Notes under the pieces: generated by a model
What the model saw: the letters and a program-made list of their open reading frames with translations, nothing else
What the model was told of the DNA's origin: nothing
The model's database searches: none
In this document: piece after piece, positions 24,986 through 32,602 of the stretch
Layout: every line of letters starts with the position of its first letter
Position numbering within the stretch: the first letter of the stretch is position 1
Assembly (NCBI GenBank): GCA_045545315.1
Contig: JAZQAR010000023.1
Location: forward strand, 1 to 59,692
Direction of reading: 5' to 3'
Length of the DNA stretch: 59,692 nucleotides
From: Eubacteriales bacterium
GTDB lineage: Bacteria; Bacillota; Clostridia; Oscillospirales; QAKW01
Program-made: the position numbers and the translations under genes

Positions 24986-25873
24986 GTGAAAGATAATTTT
25001 ACACGGGTCAGTTTTGAAAAGATCTTCAACGTGGAAAAGATCATCACCATTTTTTATATGGAATTTTCCAAAAACTTTGCCTATGAGGGGGAAAGCCACG
25101 ATTTTTGGGAGATGGTGTACGTGGATAAGGGAGAGATGATCTGCACCGCCGACAAAAACCGTTTTGTGCTGAAAAGCGGAGAGATGACCTTTCATAAGCC
25201 CAACGAGTTCCATAACCTTTCCGGAGACAGAAGCGTAGCCCCCAACGTGAGCATTCTCACCTTTGAATGTAAAAGCCGGGCGATGAAATACTTTGAGGGC
25301 AAGATCTTCCGGCTGAGCGCCGAGGAAAAAAGCCTGCTTTCGGAGCTTTTTGAGGAGGGGCTCTCTTGCTTCAAGCTGGTAGATGAACACAATCCCTTGC
25401 TCCAGAATCTGGAAAAGATCCCCGGCGCCCCTCTGGGCGCCAGCCAGATGACCAAAAATCTTTTGGAGATTTTTCTGATCAAACTATCCCGAAATAAGGA
25501 TGTTCTCACCAAAAAAATGCGCCGCAGCTACGTGATCGACGGGGTGGATGTGCCCTATAACGTCAAGGAGATCCTGGACGTGATCCACGCCAACCTTTAC
25601 GGCAAGCTGACGGTGAGGGAGATCGCCGAACAACTGGGCAAAAGTGAAAGCACGGTAAAACAACTCTTTGCCCGCTACCGTAAAAACGGGATCATAAAAT
25701 ATTATAACGAGCTGAAGATCAAGGAGGCAAAACGGTTGATCCGGGAGGATCACTATAATATCACCCAGATCTCCGATGCCCTCCATTTCGATAACCCCCA
25801 ATACTTCGCCAAATGCTTCAAGGCCCACACCAAAATGACCCCCAGCGAATATAAGTCCTCCATCATCAACTAA
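24986..25873 (+). CDS. AraC-family transcriptional regulator (cupin sensor plus HTH), divergent from the amino-sugar operon
   Basis: ORF track 24932..25873. I chose the GTG at 24986, preceded by AAGGGGA. It has an N-terminal cupin-like region (HDFWEMVYVDKGEM) and a C-terminal AraC HTH (ITQISDALHFDNPQYFAKCFKAHTKMTPSEYK). The exact start is uncertain. Confidence 0.8.
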   Translation: MKDNFTRVSFEKIFNVEKIITIFYMEFSKNFAYEGESHDFWEMVYVDKGEMICTADKNRFVLKSGEMTFHKPNEFHNLSGDRSVAPNVSILTFECKSRAMKYFEGKIFRLSAEEKSLLSELFEEGLSCFKLVDEHNPLLQNLEKIPGAPLGASQMTKNLLEIFLIKLSRNKDVLTKKMRRSYVIDGVDVPYNVKEILDVIHANLYGKLTVREIAEQLGKSESTVKQLFARYRKNGIIKYYNELKIKEAKRLIREDHYNITQISDALHFDNPQYFAKCFKAHTKMTPSEYKSSIIN

Positions 25874-25902
25874 TGTGTCACGGGGACGGTTCTCTTGACA
25901 CA
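25874..25902 (+). repeat. REP-like hairpin TGTGTCACGGGGACGGTTCTCTTGACACA (GGGGACGGTTC family)
   Basis: It starts immediately after the TAA stop of the AraC gene. The arms TGTGTCA/TGACACA enclose the conserved core. Confidence 0.8.
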
Positions 25903-25941
25903 CTTTCGAAGTTATGATATCCTTACTACGAGGTGATAATT

Positions 25942-26682
25942 ATGCCAAGACAAGCCAGAATTAAAGGAAAAACCGGATATTACCACGTCCTTCTACGGGG
26001 CGTTGCCCGACAGAATATTTTTGAAAACGATCACGACCGATTAAAGTTCCTGGAATTACTCAAACGATACAAACAGGAACTTGGTTTCGGGTTGCCTGCC
26101 TATTGCCTGATGAGCAACCATATTCACTTACTGATCGAGGATCAAGAAGATCAATTGACGCTCATTATGAAAAAGCTCGCCGGCACCTATGCCTCCTATT
26201 ACAATTGGAAGTACGAACGGGTGGGACATCTGTTTCAAGATCGCTATAAAAGCGAGCCCATTGACGACGAGACTTATTTTCTTGCGGCTTTACGCTATAT
26301 TCACCAAAATCCGGTAAAGGCGCAGATCGCCTTTACCACCGATTACCGATGGAGCAGTTACCACGAGTATCTGCACAATCCCGAACTGGCTGATACCACT
26401 TTGGCGCTGGAATTACTGAACGGGCTAGCTGGGTTTAAAGAGTTTCATCTCGCAGAAGAACAGCAACCTTGTTTGGATTGTGAGGAACCCAGACGGATCA
26501 GTGACGAAAAAGCCACTATGCTGATTTGTGAATTATCCAATATAAAAAATCCGTTGCTTTTGCAAGAATTAGATCCCCCGCAAAGAAATGAAATCATACG
26601 TCTTTTAAAGGAGAAGGGGCTGACTGTACGACAAATAGCCAGGCTGACGGAAATCAACCGCGGCATTGTTACCCGGGCATAA
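25942..26682 (+). CDS. IS200/IS605-type Y1 HUH transposase of the REP-associated (RAYT-like) kind, with a C-terminal HTH
   Basis: ORF track 25933..26682. I chose the ATG at 25942, which lies 5 nt after GAGGTGA. Motifs seen:
- YHVLLRG;
- HUH motif in LMSNHIHLLIE;
- catalytic Tyr motif in ALRYIHQNPVKA;
- LFQDRYKSEPI;
- a C-terminal LTVRQIARLTEINRGIVTRA helix-turn-helix.

Cognate hairpins flank the gene on both sides. Confidence 0.8.
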   Translation: MPRQARIKGKTGYYHVLLRGVARQNIFENDHDRLKFLELLKRYKQELGFGLPAYCLMSNHIHLLIEDQEDQLTLIMKKLAGTYASYYNWKYERVGHLFQDRYKSEPIDDETYFLAALRYIHQNPVKAQIAFTTDYRWSSYHEYLHNPELADTTLALELLNGLAGFKEFHLAEEQQPCLDCEEPRRISDEKATMLICELSNIKNPLLLQELDPPQRNEIIRLLKEKGLTVRQIARLTEINRGIVTRA

Positions 26683-26711
26683 TGTGTCACAGGGACGGTT
26701 CTCTTGACACA
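26683..26711 (+). repeat. REP-like hairpin TGTGTCACAGGGACGGTTCTCTTGACACA
   Basis: It starts immediately after the TAA stop of the transposase gene, in the same orientation as 25874..25902. Its translation creates the spurious MCHRDGSLDT N-terminal extension in ORF 26682..27758. Confidence 0.8.
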
Positions 26712-26720
26712 AGGAGATTT

Positions 26721-27758
26721 ATGATGAAAAATAAAGCGATCATTCTTATTTTACTTATTTTATTATTCGTCACAACGACTGCTTGTCATGTTCCTTCGAA
26801 ACCGGACGAGAATTTTCTCGCCCTTCAAGCGCAGGTTGCAGATGATGAGACTTATACCAATTATCAAAAATTCGATCGTAACGATGGGATGTATTCCGAT
26901 ACCCCGGATCGAATCTATTTCAAAGATCCTGATGAAAAGGGTTTTTACGTCTTTGAAAAAAACCGGGAAGATTTTGCTCACATTATGGAAGTAGTGGAAG
27001 ATCGCATCCACTATGCAATGCGAGCACTTGAAAACGAGCGGAACGAATGTTTCACCCCTGATTCGCTCGAAAACATACAAACCTCTGGCAAAACCTATGT
27101 CATTTTACATTATGACAACACCGAAACCGATGAAAGAAGCAAAAACTATCGATCTAACATCATCTTCAGCTTTAGCCGAGAGAAACGGCTGTATCGGCTA
27201 TTAAAATATCTTTCCTATAATGAAGAACCAGTCACTGTGACGGAAGAGTTTACACAGTTTACTGACCTTACCGGTGCCCAATATATGCAATTAAAAAGCA
27301 AATATCCCTATGATAAAGACGGGCTCACTTGGCTCAGTTATTACGTTGCTTACCGTGAGAATGATATGGCCTATTCCTTGAGCCAGGACGGCGGAAAGAC
27401 CTTTACGGACTATATTCCCCGCAAAAAGGCCATTGAAATTGCCAATCAGGAGGCCCAAAAAACTTGTTATCAATTCCAAAACCGGGAAAGCATTTTTTCG
27501 TTATCGACAGCGGATATCAACTCAGTCGAAATGGCCCGCAATACCGCGGAAGAAGGTACTCCACCTTATTTTTACAAGGCCGACGGGGCCGGATACCGGG
27601 TATACTGGGAAAAGGAATGGGAAACGGAACATTACCAAAATAGTGGCTTGCTTTGGGCGGTGCGCCTCTTCGACGAGAAGGATCCGCTCAACAGTCTTTA
27701 TATTTATATCGATGCTGTAAACGGCTCCGTCGTAGGGGCCGGCAGGTTAACCGATTAA
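26721..27758 (+). CDS. Putative lipoprotein of unknown function with a PepSY-like C-terminus (passenger gene)
   Basis: The ATG at 26721 follows AAGGAG. The signal peptide plus lipobox reads MMKNKAIILILLILLFVTTTAC. The C-terminal stretch WAVRLFDEKDPLNSLYIYIDAVNGSVVGAG resembles a PepSY fold. The coding sequence is AT-rich. Confidence 0.6.
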   Translation: MMKNKAIILILLILLFVTTTACHVPSKPDENFLALQAQVADDETYTNYQKFDRNDGMYSDTPDRIYFKDPDEKGFYVFEKNREDFAHIMEVVEDRIHYAMRALENERNECFTPDSLENIQTSGKTYVILHYDNTETDERSKNYRSNIIFSFSREKRLYRLLKYLSYNEEPVTVTEEFTQFTDLTGAQYMQLKSKYPYDKDGLTWLSYYVAYRENDMAYSLSQDGGKTFTDYIPRKKAIEIANQEAQKTCYQFQNRESIFSLSTADINSVEMARNTAEEGTPPYFYKADGAGYRVYWEKEWETEHYQNSGLLWAVRLFDEKDPLNSLYIYIDAVNGSVVGAGRLTD

Positions 27759-27801
27759 TATGTTCATCCAACGTCTTCAGGGCACATCATAAAAAAATTA
27801 G

Positions 27802-27830
27802 TGTGTCAAGAGAACCGTCCCCGTGACACA
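27802..27830 (-). repeat. REP-like hairpin, inverted copy (TGTGTCAAGAGAACCGTCCCCGTGACACA on the + strand)
   Basis: Exact reverse complement of the 25874..25902 sequence. Confidence 0.8.
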
Positions 27831-27896
27831 CATCATCAATTGACAGAATGGATCTAAATGATATAATAAAGATAATAAATAAAGGAGTTTTAAGCA

Positions 27897-28937
27897 ATGG
27901 GAAAATGGATCAAAGGCGATCTGCACGTACATACGCAGAATTGCAACGACGGCACCCTGCCGGTGGCAGAGATCATTCGGCGGAGTCGGGAATACCTGGA
28001 TTTTATCGGCATTTCCGGCCACGCCTACGACACCCCCGACTGTATGGAGGGGCAATATGCGGAGGTAGTGGAAGCCCGCAAGCTTTTCCCCGATCTGCCG
28101 ATCTTTCATACTGCGGAGCAGAATTTCCCCCTTCAGCGGCACACCATGTTCATCACCCACCCGGAAAATGAAGAATTTATGCTCCAGCGACAGCTGATCC
28201 GCAATTTCCACCGTCAGAACGGCCACGAAGGCCGGGCCGAGGCCTTGCGGGAGCTGGAATACGTCAAAGAGCATTGGGGCGAAGAACAAACCTTTATGAT
28301 CTACAATCATCCCAACGATCCGGACGTGGACTACGAGGATTTCGAGGCCATCGCCTCCGTCAACAACGTGTTCAAGGTGATCGCCTGCGTGGATCGGCGG
28401 GAGCGCCGTGCCAAGCAGACCTGGGAGATCGGCGAGGAATGGGATCGCCTCCTTTGCAAGGGCTTCCGCCTCTTTGCCCGGAACGGCTCCGATTTCCACA
28501 AGCATTTCCACGACGGTGGCGAGGATTATTTGCCCGGCGAATTTGTCCAGGACTACCTCTACGTGGAAGAAACCACCTACGACGAGATCATCAAGGCCTA
28601 TCGCAACGGCCGTTTTTACTGCACCGTGGGCAACTGCATCACCGAGCCCACCTTCACCTGCCGTCCGGATCCCGAAAAAGCCGGCCATTATATCCTTCAG
28701 CTGGCCTTCACCGCCGGAGTGGAAATGGAGCGGGTGGAGATCATCTCCGGCGGGAAATGCGTTTACGCCACCGATAACGTTCCACAAAACTTCGATCTGA
28801 AAATCAGCCTGCCCGGTGAAACCTATTTCCGGGTGCGGGGCTGGGGCAAGCCCGTGGATCGCAAGTATTCCGAAGGCCAATATCAACCCCAATTTATCCT
28901 GAATCCTATCTTTTTGGAGGATTGCCAATGTTGCTGA
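27897..28937 (+). CDS. PHP-domain (polymerase/histidinol-phosphatase-type) metal-dependent phosphoesterase
   Basis: 346-aa ORF. The N-terminal KGDLHVHTQNCNDGTLPV and GISGHAYD match PHP motifs. The antisense ORF 27798..29102 has no recognisable domain. Confidence 0.6.
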   Translation: MGKWIKGDLHVHTQNCNDGTLPVAEIIRRSREYLDFIGISGHAYDTPDCMEGQYAEVVEARKLFPDLPIFHTAEQNFPLQRHTMFITHPENEEFMLQRQLIRNFHRQNGHEGRAEALRELEYVKEHWGEEQTFMIYNHPNDPDVDYEDFEAIASVNNVFKVIACVDRRERRAKQTWEIGEEWDRLLCKGFRLFARNGSDFHKHFHDGGEDYLPGEFVQDYLYVEETTYDEIIKAYRNGRFYCTVGNCITEPTFTCRPDPEKAGHYILQLAFTAGVEMERVEIISGGKCVYATDNVPQNFDLKISLPGETYFRVRGWGKPVDRKYSEGQYQPQFILNPIFLEDCQCC

Positions 28938-29698
28938 TCTGCCCGGTACATACCCCTGAATTTTTAACCGCCCAGGGCTTGGGTGTGGAGGCTCACATCG
29001 GTCGCTACGACCGGGAACCCGGTTGGGAACAGTATATCCCCTTTGTAGGTGGAGTGCATCTGCCCTATCGGGGGCTGAATTTAGCCGCCCTTGACGATGC
29101 ACTCCGCAATCATTCCATCCAAACGGTGAAGGATGCCATCGACGAGGGCTGCCGCTATCCCGTGGATCGGATGGTGATGCACTCCATGGGCATCCAATAT
29201 AAAAAAGGCGAAGAAGTAGGCAATTACGAGCGGATGATCGACGGCATCCGGGAACTGGCCGCCTATGCGGCGGAGAAAAAGATCATCCTCTGCCTGGAAA
29301 ATCAGGCCCTCCATATCCCCGATCTGACCCGCTACGGCACCTTCGCCGAGGAATGGATCCGGCTGCAAAAGGACGTGGATCGCACCAACGTGCTCCTGAC
29401 CCTGGATACCAGCCACGCCGCCTGTGCAGCGGCAACCCTGCCCACCGCCGAGGAGCGGTTCGCCTATCTGGAGGCCTTTTTGCAGGAGCCGGAGCGGATC
29501 GGCCGGGTTCATTGGTCCGATTCCCGGCTGGAAAACAACGAGGCCTATTTCAACGATATGCACCTGATCCCCGGGGAAGGGGATCTGCCCCGGGCCTTCC
29601 ACCAACGGATCAAGGGGCTGGATGCCGTAAAAACGCTTGAGCAAAGACGCCCGGAGGCAGACGTACTTAAAGGGCTTGCCTTTATTGAATCTTTATAA
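28928..29698 (+). CDS. Xylose-isomerase-like TIM-barrel (sugar phosphate isomerase/epimerase family) protein
   Basis: The ATG at 28928 lies 7 nt after GGAGG and overlaps the PHP gene by 10 nt. Motifs CLENQ, LTLDTSHA and HWSD are typical of the AP_endonuc_2/TIM family. Confidence 0.6.
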   Translation: MLLICPVHTPEFLTAQGLGVEAHIGRYDREPGWEQYIPFVGGVHLPYRGLNLAALDDALRNHSIQTVKDAIDEGCRYPVDRMVMHSMGIQYKKGEEVGNYERMIDGIRELAAYAAEKKIILCLENQALHIPDLTRYGTFAEEWIRLQKDVDRTNVLLTLDTSHAACAAATLPTAEERFAYLEAFLQEPERIGRVHWSDSRLENNEAYFNDMHLIPGEGDLPRAFHQRIKGLDAVKTLEQRRPEADVLKGLAFIESL

Positions 29699-29771
29699 AA
29701 AGGTTGTAATTATCAAAAAGATATGTTAAACTATTTGGTGACTATACTATTTTAAAGGAGTTGGTTACTTC

Positions 29772-30794
29772 ATGGACGACAGTCCGGCGGGATATTTAAT
29801 TGCTATCCTGGTACTTTTATTATTAGCGGCATATTTTGCCGGGGCAGAAATTGCCCTTGCATCGGTGAACCGGATCCGGTTATCCAACCGGGCCGAGGAC
29901 GGCGACAAGCGGGCCAAGCGGGTGATCTATATTCTGGATCATTTTGACAAAGCCCTGACCACCCTGCTGATCGGCACCAACGTGACCCACGCAGGCATCG
30001 CTACCCTCTCCACCGTATTTACCTATACCTTATTCGACAGCATCGAGGCTATGCCCGACTATGCGGTCACCGTCTCCACCGTCATCTCCACCGTGGTGGT
30101 GTTCCTGATCGGCGAGATGATCCCCAAGGCCTTTGCCAAGGCCTGCAACGAAAAGTTTGCCCTGGCTATTGCGGGATCCCTGATCTTTCTGATGAAGGTT
30201 CTGACCCCCATCAGCATCTTCTTCGCCACCATCAGTGAATGGGTCAGCCGCCCCTTTAAAAAAAGAGCGGAGGCCACCCCCACCGTCACCGAGGATGAGC
30301 TTTACGACATCATCGAGACCTTCGTGGAAGAAAACGACATTGACGAAGAGACCGAGGAACTGGTGCAAAATGCCATCGAATTTTCGGAACGGACCGCCAA
30401 GGACGTCATGACTCCTTGGAACAAGGTTCTGCACATCCATGAAAAGGACAGCAACGAATCCGTACTGGAGCTGATCCGCAACAGCACCCACTCCCGCTTG
30501 CCGGTGGTGGACGATGAAGGCTGGGTGGTGGGCACCTTAAGTATCCGTACCTTCCTGAAGCATCATTATAAAAAAGAACAATTCAACGTGCGCCAACTGA
30601 TGCGCAGTGCGGCAATGATCAACGATACCACCCCGGTGGACGATCTGCTCAGCACCCTTTCTGCCAACCGCACCCATATCGCCTACGTCCAATCTGCCGG
30701 TAAGATCCTGGGGATCATTACGGTGGAGGATATCCTGGAGGAGCTGGTAGGCGAGATCTACGACGAGGAAGAAGGGGGTGTGGCCAATGCTTAA
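29772..30794 (+). CDS. CNNM/DUF21 plus CBS-pair membrane protein (hemolysin/CorC family), lacking the CorC_HlyC C-terminal domain
   Basis: 340-aa ORF. It has the DUF21 start (LLLAAYFAGAEIALASVNRIRL), four hydrophobic segments and a CBS pair. It ends right after the second CBS motif. Confidence 0.75.
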   Translation: MDDSPAGYLIAILVLLLLAAYFAGAEIALASVNRIRLSNRAEDGDKRAKRVIYILDHFDKALTTLLIGTNVTHAGIATLSTVFTYTLFDSIEAMPDYAVTVSTVISTVVVFLIGEMIPKAFAKACNEKFALAIAGSLIFLMKVLTPISIFFATISEWVSRPFKKRAEATPTVTEDELYDIIETFVEENDIDEETEELVQNAIEFSERTAKDVMTPWNKVLHIHEKDSNESVLELIRNSTHSRLPVVDDEGWVVGTLSIRTFLKHHYKKEQFNVRQLMRSAAMINDTTPVDDLLSTLSANRTHIAYVQSAGKILGIITVEDILEELVGEIYDEEEGGVANA

Positions 30795-32052
30795 TGCCAT
30801 CATTATCGTGGTCTGCCTGATCTGCTCGGCCTTTTTCTCCTCTTCGGAGATCGCCTATGCTTCCGCCAACGAGATCCGGCTGAAGCGGGCCGCCGAGGAA
30901 AAGGGCTCCACCGCTTCTAAACTGGCGTACAAGATTTATAATAACTACGAAAGTGCCCTGGCCACCATCCTGATCGGCAATAACCTGGTGAACATTGCCT
31001 CTGAATCCGTGGCCACGGTGATCGTGATCGGGCTTTTGGGCTCCGATCAGGCCTGGATCGCCACCATCGCCATGACGGTGATCGTGCTGATCTGCGGCGA
31101 GATCATCCCCAAGGTGGTGGTGAAGACCATGCCCGAGACCTTCTCTACCCTCTTTGCGATCCCCCTTTATACCCTGATGATCATCACAAAACCTATTGTG
31201 ATCATCGTGGATGGCTTGATCAAGCTCCTTTCCCACCTTTGGAAACGGGGCGTGGATACCTCCCCCACCGTCACCGAGGACGAATTGGAGACCATCATCG
31301 ATACCGTGGAGGACGAAGGCATTATCGATGAGGAAAAATGCGACCTGATCCAAAGCGCCTTTGATTTCGACGACGTTCAGGCCTACGAGATCATCACCCC
31401 CCGGGTAGATATGACCGCCATCGATGCGGATAGCGACCGGGCAGAAATGCTGGAAGTGATCCTGGAGTCCATTCATACCCGCATCCCTGTATACAAAGAT
31501 ACCGTCGATAATATTATCGGCATCCTGCACGTGAACCTGGTAATGCGGGAACTGACCGAAAACCCCGATGCCGATATCCTGGGCTCCCTGATGGAGCCGG
31601 TGTTCGTTCATAAAACCATGCCCCTGGACGACGTTCTCACCCTGATGCGGGAAAAACGGAGCCATATGGTGGTGGTCACCGACGAATACGGCGGTGTAAT
31701 GGGTATTCTGACTATGGAAGACGTGCTGGAACAGCTGGTGGGCGATATTTGGGACGAAAACGACGAGATCGAGCCCGAAGTGGTGGAGCTTTCCGACGGT
31801 ACCCTGGAGATCGACGGCGATATGCGGATCGAAGACTTCTTCGACGAGGTGGACTTCGATGATCGGGACTTTGACGACGACAACGCCACCGTGGGCGGGT
31901 TCGTTGTGGAACAGCTGGGCCGCTATGCGGAGCCCGGCGACGAGGTGGATTACGAAAACCTCTCCTTCACCGTGCTGGAGACCGATAACCGGCGCATTGA
32001 AAAACTCAAAGTAGAAGTCCTGCCGGAAGAAGAAACCGAAGAGGACGAATAA
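30778..32052 (+). CDS. CNNM/DUF21-CBS-CorC_HlyC family protein (putative Mg2+/Co2+ efflux, hemolysin family)
   Basis: 424-aa ORF that overlaps the previous gene by 17 nt. It has DUF21 (AFFSSSEIAYASANEIRL), a CBS pair and a CorC_HlyC-like C-terminus (LEIDGDMRIEDFF...GGFVVEQLGRYAEPGDEV). The antisense ORF 30718..32103 is a shadow. Confidence 0.8.
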   Translation: MWPMLNAIIIVVCLICSAFFSSSEIAYASANEIRLKRAAEEKGSTASKLAYKIYNNYESALATILIGNNLVNIASESVATVIVIGLLGSDQAWIATIAMTVIVLICGEIIPKVVVKTMPETFSTLFAIPLYTLMIITKPIVIIVDGLIKLLSHLWKRGVDTSPTVTEDELETIIDTVEDEGIIDEEKCDLIQSAFDFDDVQAYEIITPRVDMTAIDADSDRAEMLEVILESIHTRIPVYKDTVDNIIGILHVNLVMRELTENPDADILGSLMEPVFVHKTMPLDDVLTLMREKRSHMVVVTDEYGGVMGILTMEDVLEQLVGDIWDENDEIEPEVVELSDGTLEIDGDMRIEDFFDEVDFDDRDFDDDNATVGGFVVEQLGRYAEPGDEVDYENLSFTVLETDNRRIEKLKVEVLPEEETEEDE

Positions 32053-32054
32053 TC

Positions 32055-32118
32055 TATCCCCCTCCGCGGGGCAAGCGTACCCCGCGTGTCCCCCAAGGGA
32101 CAATCAAGTTAATTGCAA
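32055..32118 (+). repeat. Stop-codon-associated double-hairpin element, degenerate copy
   Basis: TATCCCCCTCCG, then hairpin CGGGGCAAGCGTACCCCG, then CGTGTCCCCCAAGGGACAATCAAGTTAATTGCAA. It begins 3 nt after the TAA stop of the CorC gene and has the same orientation as that gene. Confidence 0.6.
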
Positions 32119-32276
32119 TATAGCTAACGGCCCTGCGGGAATGAACAACCTCCCGCAGGGCTGATTTATTTTGATTAAAAATGAAAAATACCCTGTAGGG
32201 GAGGGGTTCCCCCTCCCGCCAAAATTCCATCAAACCCTACGGCGACCGATGGTCGCCCCTACGATATGAGCCTATA

Positions 32277-32444
32277 TGCCCAATTCAATTGTGCATCGCA
32301 AGGTAAAATCCTCAATGGAATCGGCACCATCACTACAATATGATCCATTTGCCCAATTCAATTGTGCATCTCAAGGTAAAATCCTCAATGGAATCGGTAC
32401 CATCACTACAATATGATCCATGTGCCCAATTCAATTGTGCATCT
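32277..32444. repeat. 73-bp tandem repeat, about 2.3 copies; each unit carries a CAATTCAATTG palindrome
   Basis: Units start at 32277, 32350 and 32423 (TGCCCAATTCAATTGTGCATC...ACAATATGATCCAT). There are only 3 mismatches between the two full units. Confidence 0.85.
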
Positions 32445-32528
32445 CCCTCTCCCCTCCCCACAAGTGCTCCCCGGAAACAAGATCAGCCCTGCGGGAGGTG
32501 GTTCATTCCCGCAGGGCCGTAGGCAAAT

Positions 32529-32602
32529 TTGCAATTACTTGTGGGTTGTTCCCCCTCTAGAGGGGGAACACGAACAGCCCGCCGGCTGTTCGGAGGGGGT
32601 CA
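32529..32602 (-). repeat. Stop-codon-associated double-hairpin element
   Basis: Minus strand reads TGACCCCCTCCG, then GAACAGCC-GGCG-GGCTGTTC, then GTGTTCCCCC-TCTAG-AGGGGGAAC, then AACCCACAAGTAATTGCAA. The leading TGA is the pepT stop codon (32600..32602). Confidence 0.8.

Larger units (their letters stand above)
25870..27830. mobile_element. Low-GC ~1.96-kb insertion: hairpin repeat, Y1 (IS200/RAYT-like) transposase, hairpin repeat, lipoprotein gene, inverted hairpin repeat
   Basis: The termini carry the same 29-nt sequence in inverted orientation (25874..25902 and 27802..27830). CATCATCAA occurs just outside both ends (25861..25869 and 27831..27839). Sampled lines inside are about 43% GC, against about 57% in the flanks. 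Confidence 0.6.

Noticed and set aside
26682-26720. The N-terminal extension MCHRDGSLDTRRF of ORF 26682..27758. The similar ORF 27798..29102 ends VTGTVLLTH.
   Set aside because: These residues are the translation of the REP-like hairpin repeat. The real gene starts at the ATG at 26721, which has AAGGAG upstream and begins a lipoprotein signal peptide.
32277-32444. A possible CRISPR array, given regularly spaced repeats containing a palindrome. The same question arises for the arrays at 54179..54371 and 56618..56754.
   Set aside because: The whole 73-bp unit, including the would-be spacer, is repeated. There are no unique spacers and no cas genes in the window. The palindromes occur in both orientations as part of larger mosaic repeats.
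32529-32602. The stop-codon-abutting hairpin elements as integron attC sites (gene-cassette recombination sites).
   Set aside because: There is no intI integrase or attI in the window. The associated genes are housekeeping (pepT, M24 peptidase, fumC) and lie in both orientations at convergent gene ends, not in a co-oriented cassette array. The elements share long conserved sequence, unlike typical attC sites.
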